Shown in pieces: positions 10,702 through 21,742 of a stretch of 64,000 bases of DNA (position 1 is its first letter; every line of letters starts with the position of its first letter). The translations under genes and the position numbers were made by a program. The DNA is from an uncultured Alphaproteobacteria bacterium (GTDB taxonomy: Bacteria > Pseudomonadota > Alphaproteobacteria > Rhizobiales > Xanthobacteraceae), in contig CAVRHN010000014.1 in assembly GCA_963721025.1 (NCBI GenBank), positions 87,835-151,834 on the forward strand, written 5' to 3'. The notes below the pieces were generated by a model. The model saw nothing but the letters and a program-made list of their open reading frames with translations. It was not told where the DNA came from and did no database searches.

Positions 10702-12948
10702 TCAGACCGTTACTCTGCGCGGCTCGGCCGGTTCGGCGGCGGGTGCGATCGTCTCCGCGGTAAAGCGCAACTGCATCCACGCGCCGCGCGCGCCCGGAAC
10801 CATCTCCGACGCGTCGCGCAGCTCGAGACGCCCGCCATGCTCTTCGAGAATGCGTCCGACGATGGCGAGCCCAAGCCCGGTGCCCTTGTCGCGCGTCGTC
10901 ACGTAGGGTTCGAGCAGCCGCGCGCGGTTCTCCTTGGGCAGGCCGACGCCGTTGTCGACCACGTCGATGACCACGTCCTTGCCGTCGCGCCGGGCGCTTA
11001 CCGTGATGCGGCCGCGACCGATGTCGGCAGCCGGCACCGCGCCGATCGCTTCGGTCGCGTTCTTGATGATGTTGGTGAGGGCCTGCGAGATCAGCCGCCG
11101 GTCAAATCGCGCCGGCATCGCCTCGGCCAGCAGCTCGACCTCGAAGTCGATGTCCGGATGACCGACGCGCATCAGGAAGACCACTTGGCGCACGGTATCG
11201 GCCAAGTCCTCGGCGGCGATCACCGGCTTCGGCATGCGCGCAAAGCGCGAGAATTCGTCGACCATGCGTTTGATATCGTCGACCTGCCGCACGATGGTCG
11301 CGGTGCACTGCTCGAAAACGGCGGCGTCCTCGACGATCACCTTGCCGTATTTGCGGCGCAGCCGCTCAGCCGAAAGTTGGATCGGCGTCAGCGGGTTCTT
11401 GATCTCGTGGGCGATGCGCCTTGCAATATCGGCCCAGGCCGAGGAGCGCTGCGCCAGCACCAGCTCGGTGATGTCGTCGATGGTGATGACGTAGCCGTGC
11501 TCGGATTCGGCGGCCTGTTCGCTGGTGACGCGGACCGAGAAATTACGCTCCTGGCCGTTGCGGCTGACCGTCACCTGGCGCTGCACCAGGCGCTGCACGC
11601 CACTGCGCGCCGCTTGAAAAATGTCGGCGAGCTCGGGCGCGACCTCGGCGAGGGGCAGCCCGAGCACCTCGCTTTCGCTTCGCGCGATCAACTGCTCGGC
11701 CGAGCGATTGAGGATGGTGATGCGGCCGTCGGCATTGACGCCGATGACTCCGGCGCTGGCGCCGGCGAGCACCGCTTCGGTGAATCGTCGCCGGCTATCG
11801 ATCATGTCGCGCGCGCGCACGATGTCGTCGTGTTGCGTGCGCAGCTCGTGCGTCATCTTGTTGAAAGTCTCGCCGAGCTGGGCGAGATCGCCTTCCGAGC
11901 GCCGCACCGGCACCTGGACCTGAAGATTGCCGGTCGAGACGATGTTGGCTGCACCGATCAATCGGCGGATCGGGGCGACCAGCCGATTGGCAAAATCCAG
12001 CCCGATCCAGGTGGAAGACAGCAGGACGATGAGCGCGATGACCGCGAACATCAGCCAAAAGGCGATCTGGATGCCGAGGCGGCGCGCTTCGAGATTGGCG
12101 TACTCACCGACGCTTTCTTGCGTGGCGCGCAACTGTTCGACGACGCGCGGATCGAGCAAGCGCGCAACGTAGAGATAGGTGTCATCGTAGCCGTGCAGCT
12201 TAATGGCCGCGGCGACGTGATCGCCTTCGGGAATAAGCGCGACCTGCGGCTCGGTCTCGGTGATCCGCTGCAGCAGCTCCTTGGAGGGGAGAACGATCGC
12301 CTTATCCATCTTGACGTCGGCGCGTTCCACGGTGGAGCCGTCGGCGTGGATCATCATGGCGGCCGAGAGCCCGCGGGCGGTGGCCTGCGCGGTGAAGAAT
12401 TTCTGGAATCGCTCGCGATCGGAATCGAACATCGGCTTGGCGCGGCCAAGGTCGAAGGCCATGGCCATGATCTCGCCGCGGATCGCCTGGAAATGCTCGG
12501 TCACATAAGCGTTGGCCACGACCAGCGACTGCTCGATCATGGCCTGCGTGCGGGTCGAGAAGAAGCGATCGAGCGCTCGGTCGAGCGTCGTCGACGCCAC
12601 CACGGCGACAAGGATGGTCGGCACCGCGGCGATCACCGCGAACAGGCCGACAATCTGCACGTGGAGCCGCGATCCCGCGTAACCGCGCCGGCGCGCCTGC
12701 ACGACCACCCAGACCTCGCGACCGATGATGGCGAGCAAGAACAGCCCGGTCGCGGCGTTGCCGAGGAGGAGCTTGACCACAACCTCGTGCACCGGCGCGA
12801 TCGGAGTCATGCCGGAAAGCACCAGGAAGGTGGCCGTGGCCGAGAGGAGCGCAACGCTGACTGCGATCGCCCCGATCAGCCGGGAGGCGACCGGCCTCGG
12901 CGCCGCTGCGGCCGGATCGAGCGGAGCGACCTGATCGATAGTCGTCAT
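10702..12948 (-). CDS. ntrY: Sensor histidine kinase NtrY
   Basis: N-terminal TM helices, HAMP/PAS region, H-box HEIKNPLTPIQLSAERL and a C-terminal ATPase domain. 748 aa. Confidence 0.9.
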   Translation of the reverse strand: MTTIDQVAPLDPAAAAPRPVASRLIGAIAVSVALLSATATFLVLSGMTPIAPVHEVVVKLLLGNAATGLFLLAIIGREVWVVVQARRRGYAGSRLHVQIVGLFAVIAAVPTILVAVVASTTLDRALDRFFSTRTQAMIEQSLVVANAYVTEHFQAIRGEIMAMAFDLGRAKPMFDSDRERFQKFFTAQATARGLSAAMMIHADGSTVERADVKMDKAIVLPSKELLQRITETEPQVALIPEGDHVAAAIKLHGYDDTYLYVARLLDPRVVEQLRATQESVGEYANLEARRLGIQIAFWLMFAVIALIVLLSSTWIGLDFANRLVAPIRRLIGAANIVSTGNLQVQVPVRRSEGDLAQLGETFNKMTHELRTQHDDIVRARDMIDSRRRFTEAVLAGASAGVIGVNADGRITILNRSAEQLIARSESEVLGLPLAEVAPELADIFQAARSGVQRLVQRQVTVSRNGQERNFSVRVTSEQAAESEHGYVITIDDITELVLAQRSSAWADIARRIAHEIKNPLTPIQLSAERLRRKYGKVIVEDAAVFEQCTATIVRQVDDIKRMVDEFSRFARMPKPVIAAEDLADTVRQVVFLMRVGHPDIDFEVELLAEAMPARFDRRLISQALTNIIKNATEAIGAVPAADIGRGRITVSARRDGKDVVIDVVDNGVGLPKENRARLLEPYVTTRDKGTGLGLAIVGRILEEHGGRLELRDASEMVPGARGAWMQLRFTAETIAPAAEPAEPRRVTV

Positions 12949-13101
12949 GGAGGCCTTGAAAGGCGCGGGATTTGAGTGGTGCAGACCGAATAGTACCCCA
13001 AACCATCCGGCCGGTGATGCTTTTATACAACAATGTTGCCAGATTGCGACAATTCCTGGGCGTCAGGCTTCGTCTGTCAACGCCGACCCGGAATGAGGCC
13101 G

Positions 13102-14547
13102 TCAGCTACTGCCGGTGCGATAGATCTGGATTTCCAAGTCGCGGATTTTCTTGCGCAGCGTATTGCGATTAACTCCGAGAAGGTCGGCGGCGCGGATTTG
13201 ATTGCCCCGCGTCGCCGCGAGTGCCGCCGAAAGCAGCGGCGCTTCAACCTCGCGGAGAATGCGGTGGTATAGGCCGGGCGGCGGCAAGCCCTCGTCGAAG
13301 CCGGAGAAATAGCGCGCGAGATAGCGCTCGACCGAATTCGCCAGATTCTCGTCGCCGCGCTGGCTCTCGCCGGGCGCGGTCAGCGCCGGCTGCGACAATT
13401 CGGCGTCGACCACGGCGGCCGTGATCGTCTCCTGCGGGTAGAGGGCGGCGAGGCGGCGGGCGAGATTTTCCAATTCGCGGACGTTGCCGGGCCAACGATG
13501 CCGCTTGAGGCGATCGAGCGCGACTTGGTCGATCTGCTTCGCCGGCAAGCCCTCGCGCTCGACCTGGGCGAAGAAATGCCGGATCAGATCGGGAATGTCC
13601 TCGGTGCGCTCGCGCAGCGGCGGCAAGCGCAACGGCACCACGTTGAGACGGAAAAACAAATCCTCGCGGAACAAGCCCTGCTGAATGAGCTGCCGCAGGT
13701 CCTTGTTGGTCGCCGCGATGATGCGGACGTCGGCCTTGATCGGCGTGCGGCCGCCGACCGTGGTGTACTCGCCCTGTTGCAGCACGCGCAAAAGTCGGGT
13801 CTGCGCCTCCATCGGCATGTCGCCGATCTCATCGAGAAACAGCGTGCCGCCTTCGGCCTGCTCGAAGCGGCCGGCGCTGCGCGTGTTGGCGCCGGTAAAG
13901 GCGCCCTTCTCGTGGCCGAACAGCTCCGATTCGATGAGGTCGCGCGGGATTGCCGCCATGTTGATGGCGACGAACGGCCCGGTGCGACGCTTGCCGTAAT
14001 CGTGCAGCGCCCGCGCTACCAGCTCCTTGCCGGTGCCGGATTCACCAGAGATCATGACGGTCAAATCCGTCTGCATCAGCCGCGCCAGCACCCGGTAAAT
14101 TTCCTGCATTGCCGGCGAGCGGCCGACCAGCGGGATCGCCTCGAAATCCTCCACTTTGACCGGCTGCCGCGGCCGCTCCTTCGGCTCCGACAAAGCGCGG
14201 CCGACGATCGCGATCAGCTCCTTGAGATCGAACGGCTTCGGCAGATATTCGTAGGCGCCCCGCTCGGAGGCGCGGATCGCGGTCATGAATGTATTCTGCG
14301 CGCTCATGACGACCACCGGCAGATCCGGCCGCACTTTCTTGATGCGCAACAACAGATCGAAGGCGTTTTCGTCCGGCAGTACCACGTCGGTGATGATGAG
14401 ATCGCCGTCGCCCTGGCTGACCCAGCGCCACAGCGTGGCGGCGTTGCCGGTCGAGCGGACTTCATAGCCGGCGCGCGACAACGCTTGATTGAGCACGGTG
14501 CGGATCGCTGCATCATCATCGGCAACGAGAATATTTCCCGCTGGCAT
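13102..14547 (-). CDS. ntrC: Sigma54-dependent response regulator NtrC
   Basis: Receiver domain, Walker [15 protein letters not shown] loop (EKGAFTGA) and C-terminal HTH. ATG at 14547 overlaps the ntrB stop (TGATG). Confidence 0.92.
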   Translation of the reverse strand: MPAGNILVADDDAAIRTVLNQALSRAGYEVRSTGNAATLWRWVSQGDGDLIITDVVLPDENAFDLLLRIKKVRPDLPVVVMSAQNTFMTAIRASERGAYEYLPKPFDLKELIAIVGRALSEPKERPRQPVKVEDFEAIPLVGRSPAMQEIYRVLARLMQTDLTVMISGESGTGKELVARALHDYGKRRTGPFVAINMAAIPRDLIESELFGHEKGAFTGANTRSAGRFEQAEGGTLFLDEIGDMPMEAQTRLLRVLQQGEYTTVGGRTPIKADVRIIAATNKDLRQLIQQGLFREDLFFRLNVVPLRLPPLRERTEDIPDLIRHFFAQVEREGLPAKQIDQVALDRLKRHRWPGNVRELENLARRLAALYPQETITAAVVDAELSQPALTAPGESQRGDENLANSVERYLARYFSGFDEGLPPPGLYHRILREVEAPLLSAALAATRGNQIRAADLLGVNRNTLRKKIRDLEIQIYRTGSS

Positions 14548-15671
14548 CAATGATCCCCTCGTGGCTGAACCGCGCCGTTACCGGTGTACATCGGCATCAG
14601 CACGCGAAAGATGGTTCGGCGCGGCTGCGACTCGCATTCGATGATGCCGCCATGATCGCCGACGATCTTGGCCACCAACGCCAGCCCGAGGCCCGAGCCG
14701 GTCGGTTTGGTGGTGACGAACGGATCGAATAGATGCGGCATCAATTCCTCGGGCACGCCGGGCCCGTTGTCCTTGACGCAGAATTCGAGCGGCAACGAGA
14801 TGCGGGTCTTGGCGCCCGGCACCGACAGCCGCACGCCGGGACGAAATGCGGTCGACAGCACGATCTCGCCGCCGTTACTCTCGCCGATCGCCTCGGCCGC
14901 GTTCTTCACCAGATTCAAGAAAACCTGGACGAGTTGATCGCGGTTCGCCCAAACCGGCGGCAGCGAGGGATCGTAGTCCTCGACGAATTTGACATGGCGG
15001 GCGACGCCGGATTGCGCTAGCCGCTTTACGTGGTCGAGCACGACATGGATGTTGATCGGCTCGCGCTCGACCGGACGCTCGTCGGCGAACACTTCCATGC
15101 GATCGACCAGCTTCACGATACGGTCGGCTTCGTCGCAAATCAGCCGTGTCAGCGTGCGATCGTCGTCCTCGACCGACTGCTCGAGCAGCTGCGCCGCGCC
15201 GCGGATGCCGGATAGCGGGTTCTTGATCTCATGCGCCAGCATGGCGGCGAGCGCGATCACCGAGCGCGCGGCGCCGCGATGGGTGAGCTGGCGATCCATC
15301 TTGTCGGCGATGGTGCGCTCCTGCAGCATCACAACCACAAAATCCGGCCGCTCCGGCAGCGGGGCGACGTGCAGGTCCACCGCGCGGTCGCCGGGATTGC
15401 GCGGCGTGCCGAGATCCACCTTGTACTCGTTGACCGCCGCGCCGCTTGCCCGCACCTGCTCCACCAGAGTCAACAAGGGACTGCCGAACGGAACGAGATC
15501 GCTCAGCAGGTGACGCCGCAGCAGCAGCGCCGAAACCTCGAAGAAGGCTTCCGCCGCCACATTGGCGTCCACGACCTTGCCGTCGGACGACACGACGATC
15601 ACAGGATGCGGCAACGCGTTGAGCACCGCGTCCGCAGGCGTTGCCGTCAACAATGGCTCGGCGGTCGTCAT
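14547..15671 (-). CDS. ntrB: Nitrogen-regulation sensor histidine kinase NtrB
   Basis: PAS-like N-domain, H-box [17 protein letters not shown] and G-boxes (GSGLGLA). 374 aa. Confidence 0.9.
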   Translation of the reverse strand: MTTAEPLLTATPADAVLNALPHPVIVVSSDGKVVDANVAAEAFFEVSALLLRRHLLSDLVPFGSPLLTLVEQVRASGAAVNEYKVDLGTPRNPGDRAVDLHVAPLPERPDFVVVMLQERTIADKMDRQLTHRGAARSVIALAAMLAHEIKNPLSGIRGAAQLLEQSVEDDDRTLTRLICDEADRIVKLVDRMEVFADERPVEREPINIHVVLDHVKRLAQSGVARHVKFVEDYDPSLPPVWANRDQLVQVFLNLVKNAAEAIGESNGGEIVLSTAFRPGVRLSVPGAKTRISLPLEFCVKDNGPGVPEELMPHLFDPFVTTKPTGSGLGLALVAKIVGDHGGIIECESQPRRTIFRVLMPMYTGNGAVQPRGDH

Positions 15672-15998
15672 GCCACGCTTCTCGCCGCTATCTTGGAACG
15701 CGATGGCAGGCTTGCCGGGAAGGCTTGAGGGATTTCCAAAGGCCTAGCGAGCCGGTAATAGCCGAAGGTTCCTCTAGAATTTGTGCACACGAATTAGGCG
15801 CCGGTTTCGTTCTGCTTAGAGTTTAGCCAAATTTGCGACTGACGCAAGCGCTGCACTGCAATATCGCCTATTTCATTCCCAGACGGTTACCGATCGAAAC
15901 CCGGCCTAATCCCGCGGATTAGCGGCTCAGGGGTGGGCAATTCGCACATTTGAGGGACATGCGCTAAAGCGGTGCCGGCATAACGAACGGAGTCATTC

Positions 15999-17180
15999 AT
16001 GACCGGGGGGGTTGCGGCTGTCATTGTCGCAGCCGGGCGCGGCCATCGCGCCGGCAGTGAGGTGCCCAAGCAATATCGGACCATCGCCGGGGAGGCGGTC
16101 ATCCGCCCTGCCCTGCGTGCCTTCCTCACGCATCCACAGATCGGCGCCGTGCAACCGGTCATTCACCCGGACGACGAGGACCTGTTTCGTGCCGCGACCG
16201 CCGGCCTGACAGACCTGCTGCCGCCGGTCGCGGGGGGCGCGACACGACAGGCCTCGGTGCGCGCCGGCCTCGAGGCGCTCGACGGCACGGCGCCCGACAT
16301 CGTGCTCATCCATGACGCGGCGCGGCCGTTCTTGACCGGCGCCCTGATCTCGCGCGCGATCACTGCCGCCAAAGCGCATGGCGCGACCGTGCCGGCTGTC
16401 GCCATCGCCGACACCGTCAAAATGATCGACGAGAACGAGGTGGTTACCGAAACGCTCGATCGCGGCCGGCTGCGCATCGTGCAGACACCGCAGGCCTTCG
16501 CCTTCGGCCTCATCGCCGATGCGCATCGGCGCGCGGCCGCGGCCGGCCGCGAGGATTTTACCGACGATGCCGCACTCGCCGAATGGGCCGGCCATCGTGT
16601 CACCGTGTTCGCCGGCGACGCCGCCAACGTGAAACTGACAACGAACGACGACCTCGCCCGCGCCGAAGCGCTGCGCCTGGCGGCGCTCGCCGACGTGCGC
16701 ACCGGAAACGGCTTCGACGTGCACGCCTTCGCCGACGGCGATCACGTCATGCTTGGCGGCATCCGCATCCCGCATTCGCGCGGACTGACTGGACATTCCG
16801 ACGCCGACGTGGCGCTGCACGCCTTGGTCGACGCCATTCTGGGCGCGCTTGCCGAGGGCGACATCGGGGTGCACTTTCCGCCGAACGATCCGCAATGGCG
16901 TGGCGCCTCGTCGGATCGCTTTCTCGCTTTCGCTTGCGAGCGCGTGCGCGCGCGCTCCGGCATGATCGCGCATCTCGACGTCACCGTCGTGTGCGAGGCG
17001 CCGCGGGTCACTCCGCATCGCGATGCGATGCGGGCGCGCATCGCCGCGATCGCCGGCATTCCCGTCGGCCGCGTGGCGATCAAGGCGACGACCAGCGAAA
17101 AACTCGGTTTCACCGGCCGCGGCGAAGGCATCGTGGCGATGGCGACGGCGACCGTGCGGCTGCCGTGGAGCGCGTCGTGA
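15999..17180 (+). CDS. ispDF: Bifunctional MEP cytidylyltransferase / MEcDP synthase
   Basis: IspD N-half ([12 protein letters not shown]) fused to IspF C-half ([19 protein letters not shown]). 393 aa. Confidence 0.95.
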   Translation: MTGGVAAVIVAAGRGHRAGSEVPKQYRTIAGEAVIRPALRAFLTHPQIGAVQPVIHPDDEDLFRAATAGLTDLLPPVAGGATRQASVRAGLEALDGTAPDIVLIHDAARPFLTGALISRAITAAKAHGATVPAVAIADTVKMIDENEVVTETLDRGRLRIVQTPQAFAFGLIADAHRRAAAAGREDFTDDAALAEWAGHRVTVFAGDAANVKLTTNDDLARAEALRLAALADVRTGNGFDVHAFADGDHVMLGGIRIPHSRGLTGHSDADVALHALVDAILGALAEGDIGVHFPPNDPQWRGASSDRFLAFACERVRARSGMIAHLDVTVVCEAPRVTPHRDAMRARIAAIAGIPVGRVAIKATTSEKLGFTGRGEGIVAMATATVRLPWSAS

Positions 17181-17680
17181 TCGACGACGAGCTGCGTACG
17201 GCGACCAAGCGTGTGCTCGATCTTTTTCGCGCGCGTGGCTTGAAGGTTGCCACGGCCGAGTCCTGCACCGGCGGCCTTGTGGCTGCGACGCTGACGGAAA
17301 TCGCCGGTTCCTCCGACGTCGTCGATTGCGGCTTCGTCACCTATTCGAATGAGGCGAAGCAGGCGATGCTCGGCGTGCCGGCGGCAACGCTCAAGCGGCA
17401 CGGCGCGGTGAGCGCGCCGACCGCGGCCGCCATGGCGGCGGGCGCGCTGAAAAATTCACAGGCCGATGTGACGGTAGCCATCACCGGCATCGCCGGCCCA
17501 GGCGGCGGCTCGAAAGCCAAGCCGGTTGGCCTCGTCTATTTCGCCGCCGCCAGCAGCGACGGGCGGCGGCTGGCGCGCGTGCGGCGCTACGGCAAAATCG
17601 GCCGGCGCCGCGTGCGCGAGCGCTCGGTTGCCGAAGCGCTCGAACTGGTCACGCAGCTGGCGCAGCTGGCGCGCCGATAG
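17177..17680 (+). CDS. CinA-family nicotinamide-nucleotide amidohydrolase (PncC-like)
   Basis: Motif [25 protein letters not shown] at 17177 overlaps the ispDF stop (GTGA). Confidence 0.85.
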   Translation: MIDDELRTATKRVLDLFRARGLKVATAESCTGGLVAATLTEIAGSSDVVDCGFVTYSNEAKQAMLGVPAATLKRHGAVSAPTAAAMAAGALKNSQADVTVAITGIAGPGGGSKAKPVGLVYFAAASSDGRRLARVRRYGKIGRRRVRERSVAEALELVTQLAQLARR

Positions 17681-17690
17681 GGTCTATTGA

Positions 17691-18071
17691 TCACTTGTGT
17701 TCGACGAACACCGCCCGACAGATGTGCCGGGTCAGGTTAGTGGCGGTATGACTGGCCGTGTATGGGACGGCCGCGGCGCCGCCGGCCTTGGTGTGGACGA
17801 TGTGTTTCGCGCCGTCCGCCGAGCGAAGCAATAGGGTGCAGTTGGTCAGCGGATAGACGACTGCCGGAAGAAAGTGCGAATGACCGGCATCGGTTTGGCC
17901 GGGCAGCCAGGTCGCCGCTATGACGCGGAAGCGCTCGTCCTCAAAAACCACCTTATAGACACCAGGGGCGGCCTTGTAGGACGGCGGCGCCTCCTGCGCG
18001 AAAGCGGGAAGCGGTGCGACCAAAGCGAGGGCAGAAAGGCATAACAGGGCCGTCGTGGCGGCACGGATCAT
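17691..18071 (-). CDS. Secreted hypothetical protein (cupin-like?)
   Basis: Signal-peptide-like N-terminus (MIRAATTALLCLSALALVAPLPAFA). ATG at 18071 is preceded by GGAGAG. Confidence 0.55.
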   Translation of the reverse strand: MIRAATTALLCLSALALVAPLPAFAQEAPPSYKAAPGVYKVVFEDERFRVIAATWLPGQTDAGHSHFLPAVVYPLTNCTLLLRSADGAKHIVHTKAGGAAAVPYTASHTATNLTRHICRAVFVEHK

Positions 18072-18176
18072 GGCGTTTCTCTCCAAGTCAAGGGTTTAGG
18101 GTCAGGCGCAAGCCTATCCTATCGGTGACCGAGCGGTCGAAAAACATTTTTTTATGCTTGAGAGATTGCAGCCGTT

Positions 18177-18635
18177 TTACGCTGGCTGCTTGCCGTAGAC
18201 CTGATCGGCGCGGCGCTCGAAGGCGGCGGAGAAGCGGCGGAAGGCAGCGTCGAACACGGCGCCCATCAGCATGCCGAGCGTGCGGCTGCGAAATTCGTAG
18301 GCGATGAAAAAATCGACATCGCAGGCGCGGTCGCCGGCCAGGCGGAATTTCCAGCGGTTGTTCAAACGGCGAAACGGTCCTTCGAGGTATTCGACCAGGA
18401 TTTCCAGATTGGGCCGGTCGAGCGTGACGCGGCTGGTGAACGATTCCCGGATCATTTTATAGGCGACGGTCATGTCGGCGATGATGACGTCCTTGTCGTC
18501 CACCTGCATCCGCTTACGAACTTTCAGCGATTGGCACAGCGGCACGAATTCGGGATAGCGCTCGACATCGGCGACCAGGTCGAACATCTCGGAAGCGGCG
18601 TGCCGCACGCGCCTGGTGGTGGACAATTGCGGCAT
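18177..18635 (-). CDS. SRPBCC-family protein (RatA / CoQ-binding COQ10-like)
   Basis: 152 aa. START/polyketide-cyclase-like pattern. Lies directly upstream of lipA, a common arrangement in alphaproteobacteria. Confidence 0.75.
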   Translation of the reverse strand: MPQLSTTRRVRHAASEMFDLVADVERYPEFVPLCQSLKVRKRMQVDDKDVIIADMTVAYKMIRESFTSRVTLDRPNLEILVEYLEGPFRRLNNRWKFRLAGDRACDVDFFIAYEFRSRTLGMLMGAVFDAAFRRFSAAFERRADQVYGKQPA

Positions 18636-18638
18636 GGA

Positions 18639-19589
18639 TCAACGCGCCGCCCGCAGCGCCTTCAGCCGTGCGAAATCTTCACCGGCATGATGCGAGGAGC
18701 GCGTCAGCGGGCTGGCCGCGACCATGGAAAAGCCCTTGGCATAGGCGATGGTCGCCAGCGCCTTGAACTCGTCCGGCGGCACGAAGCGCACCACGGGGTG
18801 ATGCTTGCGCGAGGGCTGCAGGTATTGGCCGATGGTGAGAAAATCGACATCGGCGGCGCGCAAGTCGTCCATCACTTGCAGCACTTCGTTGCGCTCCTCG
18901 CCGAGCCCCACCATGATCCCGGATTTGGTGAAGATCAGCGGGTCGATCTCCTTGGCGCGCTGCAACAGCCGGATCGAGGCGAAGTAGCGCGCGCCGGGCC
19001 GCACGGTCAGGTAATTCGACGGCACGGTTTCCAGGTTGTGGTTGAAAACATCGGGCCGCGCCGCGGCCACCGTTTCCACCGCGCCCGCCTTGCGCAAAAA
19101 ATCTGGCGTCAGCACCTCGATCGTCGTTTGCGGGCAGCGTACGCGGATGGCGCGGATCACCGCGGCGAAATGCGCCGCGCCGCCGTCATCGAGATCGTCG
19201 CGATCGACCGAGGTGATCACGACGTGGGCGAGGCGGAGTTTGGCGGTCGCCTCGGCGACATGCGCCGGCTCGGCGGCGTCGAGCGCGCCCGGTATCCCGG
19301 TCTTGACGTTGCAGAAGGCACAGGCGCGCGTGCAGGTGTCGCCCATGATCATGAACGTGGCGTGCTTCTTCTCCCAGCATTCGCCGATATTGGGGCAACT
19401 GGCCTCTTCGCACACCGTGTGCAGGCCGTTCGTCCGCACGATCTGCCGCGTCTCGCCATAGCCCGGCGAGACCGGCGCCTTGACTCTGATCCAGTCCGGC
19501 TTGCGCAACACCGGCTGGTCCGGCCGATGCGCCTTTTCCGGATGGCGGGGCCGAGTTGCGGCGCCGACCGTGTCGATCAGGACCGTCAT
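18639..19589 (-). CDS. lipA: Lipoyl synthase
   Basis: Two Cys clusters ([13 protein letters not shown] and radical-SAM [10 protein letters not shown]). 316 aa. Confidence 0.95.
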   Translation of the reverse strand: MTVLIDTVGAATRPRHPEKAHRPDQPVLRKPDWIRVKAPVSPGYGETRQIVRTNGLHTVCEEASCPNIGECWEKKHATFMIMGDTCTRACAFCNVKTGIPGALDAAEPAHVAEATAKLRLAHVVITSVDRDDLDDGGAAHFAAVIRAIRVRCPQTTIEVLTPDFLRKAGAVETVAAARPDVFNHNLETVPSNYLTVRPGARYFASIRLLQRAKEIDPLIFTKSGIMVGLGEERNEVLQVMDDLRAADVDFLTIGQYLQPSRKHHPVVRFVPPDEFKALATIAYAKGFSMVAASPLTRSSHHAGEDFARLKALRAAR

Positions 19590-19668
19590 GAAAGCTCCAA
19601 TGCGTCAGTCTTTACTTACGAGTCGGAGCGCCGCTCCGCAAGGCGGCCGCCCATGGGCCTGACGAACC

Positions 19669-21090
19669 TCAAATATTCAGCACCCGCCCGTAGGCATCGA
19701 GCACCGCTTCTTTCATCATTTCCGACAACGTCGGATGCGGGAACACGGTGTGCATCAGCTCTTCTTCCGTGGTCTCCAGATTCATGGCGATGACGTAGCC
19801 CTGAATGAGCTCGGTGACTTCCGCGCCGACCATGTGGGCGCCGAGGAGCTGCCCGCTCTTTTTGTCGAAGATCACCTTGACCAGGCCCTGGTCCTCGCCG
19901 AGCGCAATCGCCTTGCCGTTGCCGACGAAAGGAAAGCGGCCGACGCGGATATCGAGTTTCTTCTCTTTCGCCGCCTGCTCGGTCAGCCCCACAGAAGCGA
20001 TCTGCGGGAAGCAATAGGTGCAGCCGGGAATGAGCTGCTTGTCCATCGGATGCGGGTGCAGCCCCTTGATCGCCTCGACGCAGATGACGCCTTCGTGCTC
20101 GGCCTTGTGCGCCAGAAGCGGTGGGCCGGCGACGTCGCCGATGGCATAGATGCCGGGCACATTGGTCTTGCCCAGGCCATCGATGACGATAGCACCGCGC
20201 TCGATCTTCACGCCGAGTTTCTCCAAGCCGAGATTCTCGGTGTTGCCGACGACGCCGACCGCGGAAATAACGCGCTCGACGTTAAGCGTCTGCGTGCCGC
20301 CCTTGCCGTCGTCGATGGTCGCCGTCACGCCGTCGCCCGCCTTGTCGAGCTTGGTCACCTTGGCGCTGGTGTAAATCTTAATGCCCTGCTTCTCGAAGCT
20401 TTTCCGCGCGAAGGCGGCGATCTCGGCGTCCTCCACCGGCAGGATTTGCGGCAGCACCTCGACCACCGTCACCTCGGCGCCGAGCGTCCTGTAGAACGAG
20501 GCGAACTCGATACCGATCGCGCCGGAGCCGACGACGAGCAGCGACTTCGGAATGCGATCCGGCACCATGGCCTCGAAATAGGTCCAGATCAGCTTCTTGT
20601 CGGGCTCGAGCCCGGGCAGAACCCGCGGCCGCGCGCCGGTGGCGATAATGATGTGCTTGGCCGCATAGGAGCCGGGCCCCAGCGCGTCCTTCGGCGCTTC
20701 GCTCTTTGCCGCCTTCACTGCGACTTTGCCCGGCGCCTCGATCGCCGCCTCGCCCCAGATCACGGCGACCTTGTTCTTCTTCATCAGGAAGCCGACGCCG
20801 TCGTTGAGGCGCTTCGACACCGCGCGCGAGCGCTTCACCACCGCAGCCGGATCGTAGGTCACGGTGCCGGCCGAGAGGCCGTAATCCTTGGCGTGCTGCA
20901 GGTAATGAAAAATCTCCGCCGAGCGCAGCAGCGCCTTGGTCGGAATGCAGCCCCAGTTCAGGCAAATACCGCCCAAATACGCGCGCTCGACGACGGCGGT
21001 CTTGAAGCCGAGCTGCGCGGCGCGGATCGCGGTGACATAGCCGCCCGGACCGGAGCCGATGATGATAATGTCAAAGGAAGTCTCAGGCAT
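19669..21090 (-). CDS. lpdA: Dihydrolipoyl dehydrogenase (E3)
   Basis: FAD motif IIIIGSGPGGY and redox-active CLNWGCIPTK. ATG at 21090; the track ORF extends 38 codons further into a repeat element. Confidence 0.95.
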   Translation of the reverse strand: MPETSFDIIIIGSGPGGYVTAIRAAQLGFKTAVVERAYLGGICLNWGCIPTKALLRSAEIFHYLQHAKDYGLSAGTVTYDPAAVVKRSRAVSKRLNDGVGFLMKKNKVAVIWGEAAIEAPGKVAVKAAKSEAPKDALGPGSYAAKHIIIATGARPRVLPGLEPDKKLIWTYFEAMVPDRIPKSLLVVGSGAIGIEFASFYRTLGAEVTVVEVLPQILPVEDAEIAAFARKSFEKQGIKIYTSAKVTKLDKAGDGVTATIDDGKGGTQTLNVERVISAVGVVGNTENLGLEKLGVKIERGAIVIDGLGKTNVPGIYAIGDVAGPPLLAHKAEHEGVICVEAIKGLHPHPMDKQLIPGCTYCFPQIASVGLTEQAAKEKKLDIRVGRFPFVGNGKAIALGEDQGLVKVIFDKKSGQLLGAHMVGAEVTELIQGYVIAMNLETTEEELMHTVFPHPTLSEMMKEAVLDAYGRVLNI

Positions 21091-21514
21091 CGCCGTCAAC
21101 TCGTTTCCCCTCTCCCCTTGTGGGAGAGGGTGGCTGAGCGCCATGAGGCGCGAAGCCGGGTGAGGGGGATTTTGTGATCGTGGCGGCCAAGTCTTCGAGC
21201 ACACTTTGCGGGCGCGTCAGGATGTCATTGTTCCAGTATCGGAGAACGCGAAAGCCGCGCGCGGCGAGATCGCTGTCGCGTCGCAGATCAGCTCTACTCT
21301 CGTTATGCTGTCCGCCGTCCGCCTCGACGATCAAGCGAAGTTCGAAGGTGACAAAGTCGACGACCCACGGCCCCACAGGAACCTGCCGCCGGAACTTGGC
21401 GCACGCGAAACGACGGTTGCGAAGGACTCGCCATAGCGCTTGTTCGGCTCGCGTCGACCGCTTACGTAGCGATTTAGCAAGCATGCGCCTTTGATGGGAC
21501 ACTCTTTGCCGCAT
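21083..21514 (-). CDS. DUF559 (Vsr-like endonuclease fold) domain protein
   Basis: Pattern AEQALWRVLRNRRF..KFRRQ..VGPWVVDF......LIVEADGGQH is typical of DUF559. The 3' tail runs through a repeat unit and overlaps the lpd start by 8 nt. Confidence 0.75.
   Translation of the reverse strand: MRQRVSHQRRMLAKSLRKRSTRAEQALWRVLRNRRFACAKFRRQVPVGPWVVDFVTFELRLIVEADGGQHNESRADLRRDSDLAARGFRVLRYWNNDILTRPQSVLEDLAATITKSPSPGFAPHGAQPPSPTRGEGKRVDGDA
21107..21168. repeat. Hairpin-plus-GGGTGAGGGGG repeat unit, left flank of the DUF559 gene
   Basis: CCCTCTCCCC-TTGT-GGGAGAGGG hairpin followed by ...GCCGGGTGAGGGGG. Its reverse complement recurs at 21523..21581. Confidence 0.85.
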
Positions 21515-21522
21515 CTCGCACG

Positions 21523-21581
21523 CCCCCTCACCCGGCTCCTCGCTGCGCTCGGAGCCACCCTCTCCCACCAAGGGAGAGGGC
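21523..21581. repeat. Inverted copy of the same repeat unit, right flank of the DUF559 gene
   Basis: The reverse complement aligns with 21107..21168 through shared blocks CCCTCTCCC, TGGGAGAGGGTGGCT, GAGCGC and AGCCGGGTGAGGGGG. Confidence 0.85.
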
Positions 21582-21742
21582 AAAGTGCGAGCCGATGATG
21601 ATGTCGAAACTGGTGTCTGCCATTTAAGCCTCACACGCGCACTGTAGCCGTCAGGCCCGCGCTTGTCGCGGGTTCCACGTCCGTCGGTCTTGCCGTTTGA
21701 TAGACGTGGATGGCCGCAACAGGTACGGCCATGACGATGGGT

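Noticed and set aside
9314-12975. Long plus-strand ORFs (9314..10906 and 10837..12975)
   Set aside because: They are antisense to ntrX and ntrY, which have clear domain signatures. Composition is Arg/Asp/His/Gly-rich nonsense.
15993-17018. 341-aa minus-strand ORF upstream of ntrB; checked as a possible dusB
   Set aside because: It lies entirely antisense to ispDF and has no Dus/TIM-barrel FMN motifs. It is a shadow ORF.
18531-21177. Plus-strand ORFs 18531..19793 and 19735..21177
   Set aside because: They are antisense to lipA and lpd and have biased composition.
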